64,000 nucleotides of DNA from Alphaproteobacteria bacterium. GTDB lineage: Bacteria; Pseudomonadota; Alphaproteobacteria; MPNO01; UBA830. The DNA lies in the NCBI GenBank assembly GCA_965243135.1, contig OZ251539.1:2560001-2624000 (forward strand), given 5' to 3'. Below are positions 10,121 to 19,577 of the stretch, in pieces. The position numbers were made by a program, and so were the translations under genes. Within the stretch, counting starts at the first letter, position 1, and each line of letters opens with the position of its first letter. Below the pieces are notes generated by a model. The model made no database searches, was not told the DNA's origin, and saw only the letters and a program-made list of their open reading frames with translations.

Positions 10121-11290
10121 TCATCCGGCCGTTCCCGCCGCGACCCCGAGTTCCTGAACCATGGGATCGTAGGCGTAGACCCAGTCCGGATTCGTTTCGC
10201 GGCGCATCCACTTGTTGAGGCGCGAGTGGAGCTGGACGTCGGAGGTCCGGGCCTTGCGGCTCGCTTCGTAAAGTTCGAACGCCGCGCTCGGATCCCGGTA
10301 CCCGCAGGCTTCCAGGCATCTGACCAAAATCGCGGCGTCCTCGGCCGCCATGGCTGCGCCCTGGCCGAGATGCGGCTTCATCGGGTGGCAGGCGTCTCCG
10401 AGCAGCACGATCCGCCCCGAACTCCAGAGAGGCAGCGGGTCGCGCTCCAGAAGCGGCCATTTCGTCGCGGCCGGACAGGCGTGGAGCACCTGCATCAAAT
10501 CGTCGTGGAACCCGTCGAACATGGCGATCATCTCGTCCAGATCGGCCTCCGCCCAAGGGGCGTCGCTGTCCCAGCCGGGATCCGGAACGCCCGAGACGAT
10601 ATAGACCTCGTCCCTGTTTCGCGTCAGGTAGTAGACGAGGATGTGGCGGTCGTCGTTCGCTTCGTGCGTGTCGTCCGACCACCATTTGGTAAGGTCGTGC
10701 GGAATGGGCGCTTTCACGAGCTCGCGCGGGAAGATCGCTCGATGAGCCACGAAGCCGGTGTATTTCGGCTCTTCCGGGCCGAGCAGGATATCGCGCACCG
10801 TCGAGTTGATTCCGTCCGCGCCGATGACGATCTCCGCTTCCGCCCGGTCCCCGTCCTCGAACGCCAGTTCGACGCGGGACGTCTTCTCGGTCATCCCGAC
10901 GAGTTTCTTGCCGAACCGGATCGTTCCCGGCCGCACGGCTTCGGCAAGCACCGCGTGAAAGTCGCCGCGATGAATCAGCAGGTACGGCGCCCCGTATTTT
11001 CGGACGCTGTCGCCCTTCAACCTGAACTCGAACTGCATGCGCCCGGTATTCCACTCGCGGTTCGTCCAGGCCGCCGGTTCGACGCCGATCCGCAGCAACC
11101 GGCCCTCGACGCCGATTTCCCGAAGCACCTTCATGACGTTGGGGCCGAGATTGATCCCGGCGCCGAGCCGCGAGAACTCCGGCGCCTGCTCGTAGACCGC
11201 GACGTCGCGGCCGCGCGCCTGCAGCATCGCCGCCGCGGGAAGCCCCCCGAGGCCGGCGCCGATGACGGCAATGGGCGGGTTGTCGCTCAT
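10121..11290 (-). CDS. nicC: FAD-dependent monooxygenase, 6-hydroxynicotinate 3-monooxygenase-like
   Basis: GAGLGG, GAGINLGPN, HRGDFH, GADG, GDACHPMKPHLGQGA; adjacent to a nicX-like gene. Confidence 0.75.
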   Translation of the reverse strand: MSDNPPIAVIGAGLGGLPAAAMLQARGRDVAVYEQAPEFSRLGAGINLGPNVMKVLREIGVEGRLLRIGVEPAAWTNREWNTGRMQFEFRLKGDSVRKYGAPYLLIHRGDFHAVLAEAVRPGTIRFGKKLVGMTEKTSRVELAFEDGDRAEAEIVIGADGINSTVRDILLGPEEPKYTGFVAHRAIFPRELVKAPIPHDLTKWWSDDTHEANDDRHILVYYLTRNRDEVYIVSGVPDPGWDSDAPWAEADLDEMIAMFDGFHDDLMQVLHACPAATKWPLLERDPLPLWSSGRIVLLGDACHPMKPHLGQGAAMAAEDAAILVRCLEACGYRDPSAAFELYEASRKARTSDVQLHSRLNKWMRRETNPDWVYAYDPMVQELGVAAGTAG

Positions 11291-11504
11291 ACCTTCTCCT
11301 TCGCCCTTGCGCCGGCCGGGCGACGCCGCGCGAATGGCGAACGGGCGCCGCCCCGGCCCGCGAACCGGAAGAAGGCGGCCCGCGGCGCGCGCCGCTTCGG
11401 CGCGCCCGGCAACGGTCTTTCGCGTTTCCCCGACGCCGCTTCGCCGGAGCGTTCCGCCGCCGAGCCGCAGCCGAACGAAGGGCTCGCAGGCGGGAACGCG
11501 GGAG

Positions 11505-12563
11505 TCACGACGCGTCCGCGGAAACCCTCCCCGCCTGAAGGTCGGACGGGACGATCCTTCCGTCCCTCACGATTTCGGCGCCGTCGAGGGTGAGCGTGCA
11601 GTTTCGGAGCGGCATGTCCAGATGGCACGGCGTGTCGTTCGCTCCGCCCAGCTCGCGGTTGGGGCCGGTGGAAAACAGAACGTTGCCGTAGAACGCCAAC
11701 GCGTCCATGCCGATTTCCCGCTGGGGATCGGCGACCGCCATGTGATGCCAGTCGGCGCGATGATTCAGGCCCCAGCCGATGTGGGATACGGCGTAGGCCC
11801 GCGGGTCGCCGAAGCTCTCCATGTAGTTCCGCAGCAGCGAGGCCTCGAGACCCTTGCCCTCGATCTTCGTGACGAAACCGCGTTCGATCGTGAACCTGAC
11901 CGGATTTTCGACGTAGCGCCGGAAGGCGCAGACGATGTCTCCCGGCGAGAGAACGACGGCGCCGTCCACGCCGTCGTCGTCTCCGCCGGTGAACAGGAAG
12001 CCGCTGGGCCAGTGATCCCACCGTCCCGGCTCGTCGGTGAATCCGTACTCCGTGATCACCGGATAATTCCCCAGCCTGTAAACGACGTCGGTGCCCGACG
12101 GCGAGGTAATGCGCATTTCCTTCGCCTTGCCGAGATATTCCGCCCCGCGCTCGACGCGCCTGCGCAAATCCGCGTCGGGGAACATGCGGCGCAGAACCTC
12201 GACGGGTTCCATGACCAGCAGCATTCGCGTTCCCGATTCCGTGATTTCCAGCTGTTCGTCCGAGAACAGCAGGAACATCAGGTCGATCACGATGTCCGAA
12301 CTCTTCAAGGCGTCGATAACGGCCCTGTTCCCCGCGAGCGCGGTCTTTCCCATGTTGCCGGCGAATCCCTGGGACGCCATGCGCGGAGCCACGTTGACGT
12401 GGAAGGCGGCGGCGCCGAGTTCCTGCGCGGCAATGAGAAAGGCTTCCGCGTAATCCGCCCGGCTGCCGGTCTCCGCAAGCACGGAAACCGTCTGACCGGG
12501 GCCTACCTTGCAGAGTTCCAATTCGGCCTTGAACAGCGAAACCAGCGTCGTGTCGGCAGTCAT
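11505..12563 (-). CDS. nicX: 2,5-dihydroxypyridine 5,6-dioxygenase-like (leucyl aminopeptidase/M29-like fold)
   Basis: EYGFTDEPGRWDHWPSGF, SHIGWGLN, FLFSTGPN-like VLFSTGPN, CHLDMP; SD GGAGGAG before ATG 12563. Confidence 0.82.
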   Translation of the reverse strand: MTADTTLVSLFKAELELCKVGPGQTVSVLAETGSRADYAEAFLIAAQELGAAAFHVNVAPRMASQGFAGNMGKTALAGNRAVIDALKSSDIVIDLMFLLFSDEQLEITESGTRMLLVMEPVEVLRRMFPDADLRRRVERGAEYLGKAKEMRITSPSGTDVVYRLGNYPVITEYGFTDEPGRWDHWPSGFLFTGGDDDGVDGAVVLSPGDIVCAFRRYVENPVRFTIERGFVTKIEGKGLEASLLRNYMESFGDPRAYAVSHIGWGLNHRADWHHMAVADPQREIGMDALAFYGNVLFSTGPNRELGGANDTPCHLDMPLRNCTLTLDGAEIVRDGRIVPSDLQAGRVSADAS

Positions 12564-12658
12564 TCTCTCCTCCCCTGTCCGCCATTCCCGAAAGCGGCGA
12601 CCCGGACATTCTATCAGCGCCGGCGCCGGAGCGGCAGCGAATTCTGACGGGCCTCCGC

Positions 12659-12687
12659 TTGACATGGCGTCGAGGCGCGGCGACCAT
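12659..12687 (+). promoter_or_regulatory. Putative sigma70 promoter of TRAP operon
   Basis: TTGACA-17bp-GACCAT upstream of the dctP start. Confidence 0.4.
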
Positions 12688-12717
12688 CCGGTTCCGAACA
12701 AAACAGGGAGAAAATTC

Positions 12718-13716
12718 ATGAAACGTTTTCGGCTCATGGGCTGGGCGCTTGTCGGCGCGTTCGCCCTCGGGATCGGCGGCGCCGTCGCCGCCGAGGTCAC
12801 GCTGAAGACCATAACCGCGCTGCCGCGCAAGCATCCGCTGAACGAACCGGTCGATCACTTCACCAAGCTGGTCCACAAGTATTCCAACGACCGTATCGCA
12901 ATCCGGTACATCGGGGCCGGCGACACCATTCCCGTGCCCGAGCAGATGAAGGGCCTGACCCGCGGCGTCGTCGACGTATTCTACGGACCGATGTCGTACT
13001 ATCAGGGATCGATCCCCGAAGTGCAGGCTCTCAACGGCAGCAACAAACATGCCATGAACGTGCGCAGCAGCGGCGGACTCGCGCTGCTGAACAAGTTCGT
13101 CAACGAGCGGCTGCAAGGCGAATTGATCGGATATTACGCTTCCGGCTACACGTTCTACATCTACACGAAGAATCAACCGAAGATCGGCGCCGACGGCCTG
13201 CCGGATCTGACCGGCCTGAAGCTGCGCGCGGCTCCGATCTACCGCGAGATGTTCGCCCAGTTCGGCGCCAGCACCGTTCTCGTTCACGTCGCCGAGATCT
13301 TCACCGCCCTGGAGCGCGGGGTCGTCGACGGCATCGGATGGATCGGGCCGTTCGTCACCAACCTCGGCTGGGACAAGTTCCTGAAATACCGGATCACGCC
13401 GGCTTACTGGCAGGGCGATATCGTGCTCGTCGTCAACAAGGGCAAGTGGGACGGACTCGACCTCGCGTCGCAGCGCGCGATCACCCGAGCGGCGATCGAA
13501 ACAGAGTTCTACGCCCACGACCTCTTCACCCGATACAGCGCCGAGGAAGAGAAAAAACTGGCGGAACGCGGCATGGTCAACGTCGACCTCGAGGGCGACG
13601 CGGCGAAACGCTACCTGTCGGTCGCCTACGACATCGGCGTATGGAAAGGCATGGCCAAGAACGGCGTTCCGGAGGAAGTCATAGAGGATTTCAAGGCGCG
13701 CATGCACCGTCCGTGA
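12718..13716 (+). CDS. dctP: TRAP transporter substrate-binding protein
   Basis: Signal peptide; DLTGLKLR, EIFTALERGVVDG. Confidence 0.9.
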   Translation: MKRFRLMGWALVGAFALGIGGAVAAEVTLKTITALPRKHPLNEPVDHFTKLVHKYSNDRIAIRYIGAGDTIPVPEQMKGLTRGVVDVFYGPMSYYQGSIPEVQALNGSNKHAMNVRSSGGLALLNKFVNERLQGELIGYYASGYTFYIYTKNQPKIGADGLPDLTGLKLRAAPIYREMFAQFGASTVLVHVAEIFTALERGVVDGIGWIGPFVTNLGWDKFLKYRITPAYWQGDIVLVVNKGKWDGLDLASQRAITRAAIETEFYAHDLFTRYSAEEEKKLAERGMVNVDLEGDAAKRYLSVAYDIGVWKGMAKNGVPEEVIEDFKARMHRP

Positions 13717-13735
13717 CGGAAGGCGGCGACCTCCT

Positions 13736-14236
13736 TTGTTCTTCAAGGCCTACGACCGGTTGATCGACGCCCTCGCCTTCGTCGGCGGGGTCGTCGTCGC
13801 CGGCATCTTCCTCGCCATCGTCTACGACGTGACCATCCGCACCATCGGACTGCGAACGCCGCTGTGGACCGTGGCGCTCGCCGAATACGGACTGCTCTAC
13901 GCGACGCTGCTGGCCAGTCCCTGGGTTTTGCGCCGCAAGTCGCACGTGTTCATCACCATTCTCACCGGACGCCTTCGCGGCGCGGCGCGGACGACGGTGG
14001 AGAAATTCGGCTATTCCGCCGCCTGCGTCGTATGCCTGCTGCTCGCCGGCGTTTCGCTCGGAGTCGCGATCGACGAATTCCACAGGGGCATCGTCGACAT
14101 CCGGACCTTTCGAACGCCGTTCTGGATCGTCACGGCGCCTATGCCGCTGAGTTTCCTGCTGCTCGCGATCCAGTTCGTCCGTTTCCTGCTCGGCCCGGAG
14201 TCGATGCTGGAAAGCGACCGGCAAAGGGGGCTCTGA
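13736..14236 (+). CDS. dctQ: TRAP transporter small permease
   Basis: Four hydrophobic segments; lies between dctP and dctM. Confidence 0.87.
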   Translation: MFFKAYDRLIDALAFVGGVVVAGIFLAIVYDVTIRTIGLRTPLWTVALAEYGLLYATLLASPWVLRRKSHVFITILTGRLRGAARTTVEKFGYSAACVVCLLLAGVSLGVAIDEFHRGIVDIRTFRTPFWIVTAPMPLSFLLLAIQFVRFLLGPESMLESDRQRGL

Positions 14237-14237
14237 C

Positions 14238-15557
14238 GTGGCGTGGTACGAGATCGGCGGCATGATGATCGGCCTCGTCGTGGGGCTGATGGCGCTGGGC
14301 ATTCCCGTCGCTTTCGCCTTTCTTCTGGCGAACGTCATCGGCGCTTACCTGTTCATGGGCGGGGTCGCCGGCATCGAGCAGCTCGTCAACAATTGCACGC
14401 GCTCGATAAGCAGCTTCCTGCTCGTCCCGGTGCCGCTCTTCATCCTGATGGGAGAAATTTTCTTCCATACCGGCCTTTCGAACCGGATCTTCGAGACCCT
14501 CGACAAGCTGTTCGGCCGCCTGCCGGGCCGCCTGTCCTACATGGCCGTCGCCGGCGGCACCATCTTCGCGGCGCTCTCCGGATCGAGCATCTCGACGACC
14601 GCCATGATGGGCACGAGCATGGTCCCGGAAATGACCGCCCGCGGCTACAAGAAGCACATGGCGATGGGCCCGATCCTCGGAAGCGGCAGCCTCGCCATCC
14701 TCATTCCGCCTTCGGCCCTCACCGTGCTGCTCGGCAGCCTCGCCTTTCTCGACATCGGCGCCCTGCTCATCGGCGGCGTGCTCCCCGGCCTGTTCCTCGC
14801 GCTCCTCTACGCCGCGACGATCTACATCCTGATCCGGATCGATCCCTCGGCCGCGCCGCAATACGACGTCGAAACGGCGCCGTTCCTCGAAAAACTTAAG
14901 CTGATCGCCGTCTATCTCCTGCCGCTCGGCCTCGTGTTCTTCCTCGTGGTCGGGTTCATCGTCCTCGGCATCGCGACGCCGTCCGAATCCGCCGCGTTCG
15001 GCGTCCTGGGCGTCATCGCGCTTGCCGTCGCTTTCGGTTGCTTCAGCTGGGAAGCGCTTCGCAAGTCTCTCGAAGGAACGCTGGTCGTCACCGTAATGGT
15101 GCTGATGATCCTGCTCGGATCCTCGACCTTTTCCCAGATAATGGCGTTCTCGGGCGCCAGTTCCGAACTGGTGGCCTGGGCGACCGATTTCGAGCTTCCG
15201 GCCCTCGTCATGCTGCTGGCGATGTTCGCGGTCCTGATCGTGCTCGGCATGTTCGTCGATCAGATCTCGCAGATGATGCTGACGATACCGCTGTTCCTGC
15301 CGCTCGCGAAGTCTTTGGGCTTCGATCCGATATGGTTCGGCATCGTCGTCATCCTGGCGCTCGAGATCAGCACGGTGACGCCGCCGTTCGGCCTGTTGCT
15401 TTTCGTCATGATGGGCGTGGCGCCGCCGAACACCTCCTTCGGCGAGGTCGTGATCGCCGGCCTGCCCTACATCGCCTGCGCGTTCGTGATGCTCGCGCTG
15501 CTCGTGGCGTTCCCCGAAATCGTCCTGTTCCTGCCCGACCTCATGTCGCCGGGGTAG
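14238..15557 (+). CDS. dctM: TRAP transporter large permease
   Basis: VPLFILMG, ALSGSS, ILIPPS, TPSES, TPPFG. Confidence 0.93.
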   Translation: MAWYEIGGMMIGLVVGLMALGIPVAFAFLLANVIGAYLFMGGVAGIEQLVNNCTRSISSFLLVPVPLFILMGEIFFHTGLSNRIFETLDKLFGRLPGRLSYMAVAGGTIFAALSGSSISTTAMMGTSMVPEMTARGYKKHMAMGPILGSGSLAILIPPSALTVLLGSLAFLDIGALLIGGVLPGLFLALLYAATIYILIRIDPSAAPQYDVETAPFLEKLKLIAVYLLPLGLVFFLVVGFIVLGIATPSESAAFGVLGVIALAVAFGCFSWEALRKSLEGTLVVTVMVLMILLGSSTFSQIMAFSGASSELVAWATDFELPALVMLLAMFAVLIVLGMFVDQISQMMLTIPLFLPLAKSLGFDPIWFGIVVILALEISTVTPPFGLLLFVMMGVAPPNTSFGEVVIAGLPYIACAFVMLALLVAFPEIVLFLPDLMSPG

Positions 15558-16590
15558 CGTTCGCGCCGTCCGGCGCAGGAAGAGCCTCCTCCTCGACCAG
15601 CCGGTCGACCCAGCGTTGCGCCTGGGTCACGCCCTTGTCGACGCTCCACCGGATCGGACGCTCCGGGGCGGGTGCCCGATCGATCATGACCTGCTGCGGT
15701 TCGATCACGGCGACATCCTCGTCGAAGGTGCTCTTGTTCGCCTGGAACATCCATTCGGTGAGCGCCTCGTCCTCGAGTTCCATGTTGCGGAGAAGCGACC
15801 AGAAGTAGAGGGTCGTACGGTCGGTCTCCGGGGTCAGCGCGTTCAGGACGCGCATTTCGACGGCATGGTTCTCCCGCTCCGCGCCGGCGACGCGCAGGTG
15901 AATGACGATATTGCCGGGCGGCGTGAATTCGATTCGCTGGCGGTGATTCACGCTATCCGCGAATCCGCCGCAACGCGCGAAGAACGGCGAAGGCGCGATA
16001 TCCCGCATATCGCGCGTCACGGTCAGCCGCTCTCCGTCGAAACCGGTTTCCGTAGGAAACTCGATGACCCCGTCGGTCGCAAGCGTCTGCAGGTGCACGA
16101 AATGCGCATGGGTGAGATCCAGCAAGTTGTCGCGCAACAGGCCGTAATTCGCCTTGACGCGCAGCGTTTCGCCCTTGCCGACCCATTCCGGATCGTCCTT
16201 CCAGTGGAAATCCGGAAGAAGCGCCGGATCGGCGCGCCCCGCTTCCCCCGGCCACAGAAACACCCAGCCCCAGCGTTCGACCGCCGGATAGGCGCGCGTG
16301 CGCGCGCCGACGGGAATTCGGGACTGGCCGGGCACATGGACGCAGGCTCCGTCGGCGTCGAAGCGAAGGCCGTGGTAGCCGCACTGGATTTCGCCGTCGA
16401 CCACGCGGCCTCGCGACAACGGCGCGTCGCGATGCGGACAGCGGTCGGCAAGCGCGGAGATTCGTCCGTCGCGGCGGCGCCACAACACGACCGGTTCGCC
16501 GCAAATCCAGCGCTGCAACGGAACCTCGCCGACTTCGCGGTCCCAGGCGCAGACGTACCAGGCATTCCTGACAAGGCCGGTGCCGTTCAT
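15541..16590 (-). CDS. Rieske non-heme iron oxygenase alpha subunit (VanA-like)
   Basis: Rieske motif CPHR...CGYHG; mononuclear Fe motif DNLLDLTHAHFVH and EDVAVIE. Confidence 0.9.
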   Translation of the reverse strand: MNGTGLVRNAWYVCAWDREVGEVPLQRWICGEPVVLWRRRDGRISALADRCPHRDAPLSRGRVVDGEIQCGYHGLRFDADGACVHVPGQSRIPVGARTRAYPAVERWGWVFLWPGEAGRADPALLPDFHWKDDPEWVGKGETLRVKANYGLLRDNLLDLTHAHFVHLQTLATDGVIEFPTETGFDGERLTVTRDMRDIAPSPFFARCGGFADSVNHRQRIEFTPPGNIVIHLRVAGAERENHAVEMRVLNALTPETDRTTLYFWSLLRNMELEDEALTEWMFQANKSTFDEDVAVIEPQQVMIDRAPAPERPIRWSVDKGVTQAQRWVDRLVEEEALPAPDGANATPAT

Positions 16591-16597
16591 CGCTCCC

Positions 16598-17371
16598 CTA
16601 CAAATGCACGCAGCCGCCATCGACCGCGATCGACTGGCCGGTCAGATAGCCGCTTGCGGGCGACGCCAGGAAGAGCAGCATGCCGACCAGGTCGCCCGGC
16701 TCGCCGAGATGCTTGACGCACTGCATGTCCAGCACCCGTTGCCGGACCGCGTCGGTGCGTCCCTGATTGTCGACCTCCGTCTCGATAAGGCCGGGCAGAA
16801 TCGCGTTGACGGTGATGCCGTCGCCCCCGAGTTCGCGCGCCATCGAGCGGGTCATGCCGATCACCGCGGCCTTCGAGGTGACGTAATGCAGGAAACCCGC
16901 CATCCCGAGCGGCACCGTGGAGGACGAAATGTTGACGATCCTTCCCCAACCCGCCGCGCGCATGTCGGGCAGCGCCGCGCGGGCGCAAAGCATCGAACCG
17001 GTGACGTTGACCCGCAACACCCGCTCCCATTCGTCGAGCGGAATGTCCTCGAAGCCGCTGCGCCCGAGTTGCGAGAAAATCGCGGCGTTGTTGACCAGCA
17101 CCTCCAGACGCCCGAAGGCGTCCCGGGCTGCGGCGAACATCGCCTGCACCGAATCAGGGTCGCCGACGTCGGCGGCGGCGGCGCGGGATTGTCCGCCCTC
17201 CCGCGAGATCTCGTCCGCGACGCGGGCTGCGTTCTCCGCATCGATGTCGGAGACGACGACGCGGGCGCCGGCGCGAGCGAACTCGCGCGCGTAGACGCGG
17301 CCAATTCCCTGACCCGCCCCCGTGACGACAACCGCACGGCCGCGTACGTTCGTTTCGAAGGAACCGGCCAT
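16598..17371 (-). CDS. Short-chain dehydrogenase/reductase
   Basis: TGAGQGIG, NNAA, YVTSK. Confidence 0.92.
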   Translation of the reverse strand: MAGSFETNVRGRAVVVTGAGQGIGRVYAREFARAGARVVVSDIDAENAARVADEISREGGQSRAAAADVGDPDSVQAMFAAARDAFGRLEVLVNNAAIFSQLGRSGFEDIPLDEWERVLRVNVTGSMLCARAALPDMRAAGWGRIVNISSSTVPLGMAGFLHYVTSKAAVIGMTRSMARELGGDGITVNAILPGLIETEVDNQGRTDAVRQRVLDMQCVKHLGEPGDLVGMLLFLASPASGYLTGQSIAVDGGCVHL

Positions 17372-17464
17372 CCTCGTCTCCCCGGGGAACGGCTTCCCGA
17401 TGCGACGCGGAGCAGCTTCCGGCGCCGCCCCTCCGCCCGCGTTTCGCGGATCATCGTGCGCGAA

Positions 17465-17574
17465 CGCCGGAGCGTCAAGAGGGCCCGCGACGCGGGCGTT
17501 GCGCCATTTGTTGCCGGCTGCCGTCCGTTCGTCTCCCGCGGGACCGCCCGTCTGCAGGCTCGCAAGAGTCGCGC
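17465..17574. repeat. Direct repeat R' (homologous to 19292-19409), containing a -35 box on the minus strand
   Basis: Shared blocks cgccggagc(c)gtcaaga, gccggctgccgtccgttcg and ccgcccgtc.gcaggc.cgcaag.gtcgcgc. Confidence 0.8.
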
Positions 17575-17639
17575 GGTCCCTCGAGCGAAGCTGCAGTTGG
17601 CTCGACGACCGCGCGGAAAGACATGCATGGGCGCCGGCG

Positions 17640-17735
17640 GCCCGGCTTGGCGACGCCCGGTCGCCGACAGGCCGAACGCCGGAAGCCGCCGACAGCAATT
17701 TTTCGCGAAGGCGGCCGCCCAAACGCCGTCCGGCT
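17640..17735. repeat. Downstream flank shared by AAA-nuclease copies 1 and 2 (partner 20895-20989)
   Basis: Near-identical gcgacgcccggtcgccgacaggccgaacgc...gccgacagcaatttttcgcgaaggcggc.gcccaaacgccgtccggct. Confidence 0.88.
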
Positions 17736-19271
17736 TCAGGCGGCCTCGCAATCGAACCCGACGACGTTGCGCTCCTCGCGGCTGAACTCCACCCCGATCA
17801 GGTGGACCGAACGCCCGAGATGGCGGTACTTGTCCGCATAGCCCTTCTCCCGCAGCTGCGCGAGCGCGATCCCCTCCCGCCCGCGCTCCACCACCTTGAA
17901 CTCGAACAGGTAGACGCGCCCGCCGACGCGTATCGCCATGTCGGCGCGCCCCCGGCTGCCGCTGTCCTCGGCCACCGGCTCGATGCCGTGCATCAGAAAG
18001 CAGCAGTGGATGACGCTTGCGTAGTGGGCTTCGTACTTCGCGACAGGGCTGGTCGCGTACCATTGGTGCGGGATGGCGGCGAAGACGCCGCGGAACAGGG
18101 TCTCGATGCGTTCGAAGTCGTTCGCCTCCAAAAGTTCGGGCAACTGCGGGTCGCCCGCCTTCTCGCGGGCATGATGCGGGAGCAGTTCTCCCAGCAAGGC
18201 CTCGCCCAGGCTCCGGCGCACCTCGAGGTTCGGGTAGTCCAGCCGGTAGCGCCCGTCCTCCTCGCCGACGATGGTGAGGTAGCCGGTCTGGAACAGAAGC
18301 GCCTCGACCGAGATATTGTCCACGTCGAAGGTCGAGAGCAGGCTCTCGCTGCCGGTCATGCCGTCCAGGTCGGGAGTGGGCAGATCGCGGCGCGCCAGCG
18401 TCTCGACCAGGAAGGTCGGCGTGCCGCTCTGGAACCAGTACGGACGGAACTCGCGCCGCCGAAACAGCAGCAGCAGGCCGAACGGGTTGTAGACCTTCTC
18501 CGGACCGCGCCAGTTGTAGCCATTGTACCAGCGGCGGACCTCGTCCCTGTCCAGGCCCTCGAGTTCCGGGGCGAAGACCGCGTCCAGTTCCGCGTCCGTG
18601 TACCCGCAAATGTCCGAGAACTCCGGCTCCAGCGTGACGTCGATCAGGTTGTTCAGGCCCGAGAACAGGCCCGCCTGCGAGAACTTGCTCACCCCCGTCA
18701 GGAAAACGAAGCGGAGATGCTCGTCGCAGTCCTTGATCGCCCCGTACAGGCTGCGCAGGAAGTCCCGGTTGGCCCGCGCCAGTTCCCGGTCGCCGAGCGC
18801 GTCCAGGATCGGCTTGTCGTACTCGTCCACCAGAACGACCGCCCGCTGCCCGGTGCGCTCGTGCAGGGCCTCGATCAATTCCCCGAAACGGTTCGACGCC
18901 TCGACGGGACCCGGTTCGACGCCGCCGCGCCTCTCCGCCGCCGCCAGCTGCGCTTCCACGGTTGCCCGAACCCCGTCAGGGACGACGAAATTGCCCCTGC
19001 CGAAGCTGAGCCGCACGACAGGATGGCGGGCCGACCAGTCCCACTTGCCGTGCACGGCGAGACCCCGGAACAACTCCTCGCTTCCCTCGAACAGCTTCTG
19101 GAGCGTGTCCACCAGGAGGGTCTTGCCGAACCGGCGCGGACGCGACAGGAAATAGTAATCGCCCCCTTCGACGAGGCGGCGCACATGCTCCGTCTTGTCG
19201 ACGTAGTAGCAATCCCTCGTCCGGATTTTCCGGAGGGAGGTCATGCCGGTCGGAAGCATGCGTTTCGCCAT
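17736..19271 (-). CDS. AAA-ATPase-like + C-terminal PD-(D/E)XK nuclease protein, copy 1
   Basis: YYVDKT, RPRRFGKT, LVDEYDKP, FLTGVSKF, WYNGY, YNPF, LLFQTGYLTI, GRADM...FEFK. Confidence 0.92.
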   Translation of the reverse strand: MAKRMLPTGMTSLRKIRTRDCYYVDKTEHVRRLVEGGDYYFLSRPRRFGKTLLVDTLQKLFEGSEELFRGLAVHGKWDWSARHPVVRLSFGRGNFVVPDGVRATVEAQLAAAERRGGVEPGPVEASNRFGELIEALHERTGQRAVVLVDEYDKPILDALGDRELARANRDFLRSLYGAIKDCDEHLRFVFLTGVSKFSQAGLFSGLNNLIDVTLEPEFSDICGYTDAELDAVFAPELEGLDRDEVRRWYNGYNWRGPEKVYNPFGLLLLFRRREFRPYWFQSGTPTFLVETLARRDLPTPDLDGMTGSESLLSTFDVDNISVEALLFQTGYLTIVGEEDGRYRLDYPNLEVRRSLGEALLGELLPHHAREKAGDPQLPELLEANDFERIETLFRGVFAAIPHQWYATSPVAKYEAHYASVIHCCFLMHGIEPVAEDSGSRGRADMAIRVGGRVYLFEFKVVERGREGIALAQLREKGYADKYRHLGRSVHLIGVEFSREERNVVGFDCEAA

Positions 19272-19277
19272 CGGAAG

Positions 19278-19306
19278 AGAGTAGGCCGCCGCGCCGGAGC
19301 CGTCAA
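19278..19306 (-). promoter_or_regulatory. Sigma70 promoter, leaderless type (copy 1)
   Basis: TTGACG-17bp-TACTCT-6bp-ATG; same geometry in all three copies. Confidence 0.7.
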
Positions 19307-19409
19307 GAAGTCGGCGGCTGGAAGCGTTTGCGCTGCGCCGTTTTTGGCCGGCTGCCGTCCGTTCGACGCCCAGCGAGGCCGCCCGTCGGCAGGCCCGCAA
19401 GGGTCGCGC
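19292..19409. repeat. Direct repeat R upstream of AAA-nuclease copy 1 (partner 17465-17574)
   Basis: Aligned by eye with 17465-17574. Confidence 0.8.
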
Positions 19410-19577
19410 AGGCGTGCGTCGGCGGAACAAAATCGACTGTCGCTCCGGCGCCGCGAGGCCAAGTCGCTGGCGCGCTCGCCCCGCCCTGCATACATCAGGC
19501 TTCGATCAGGCTAACATGAGGCCATGGTCGGCCGCGTTTCGCGAACGCCGACAGAATTGCGACCTGGAGGCTTCCGC

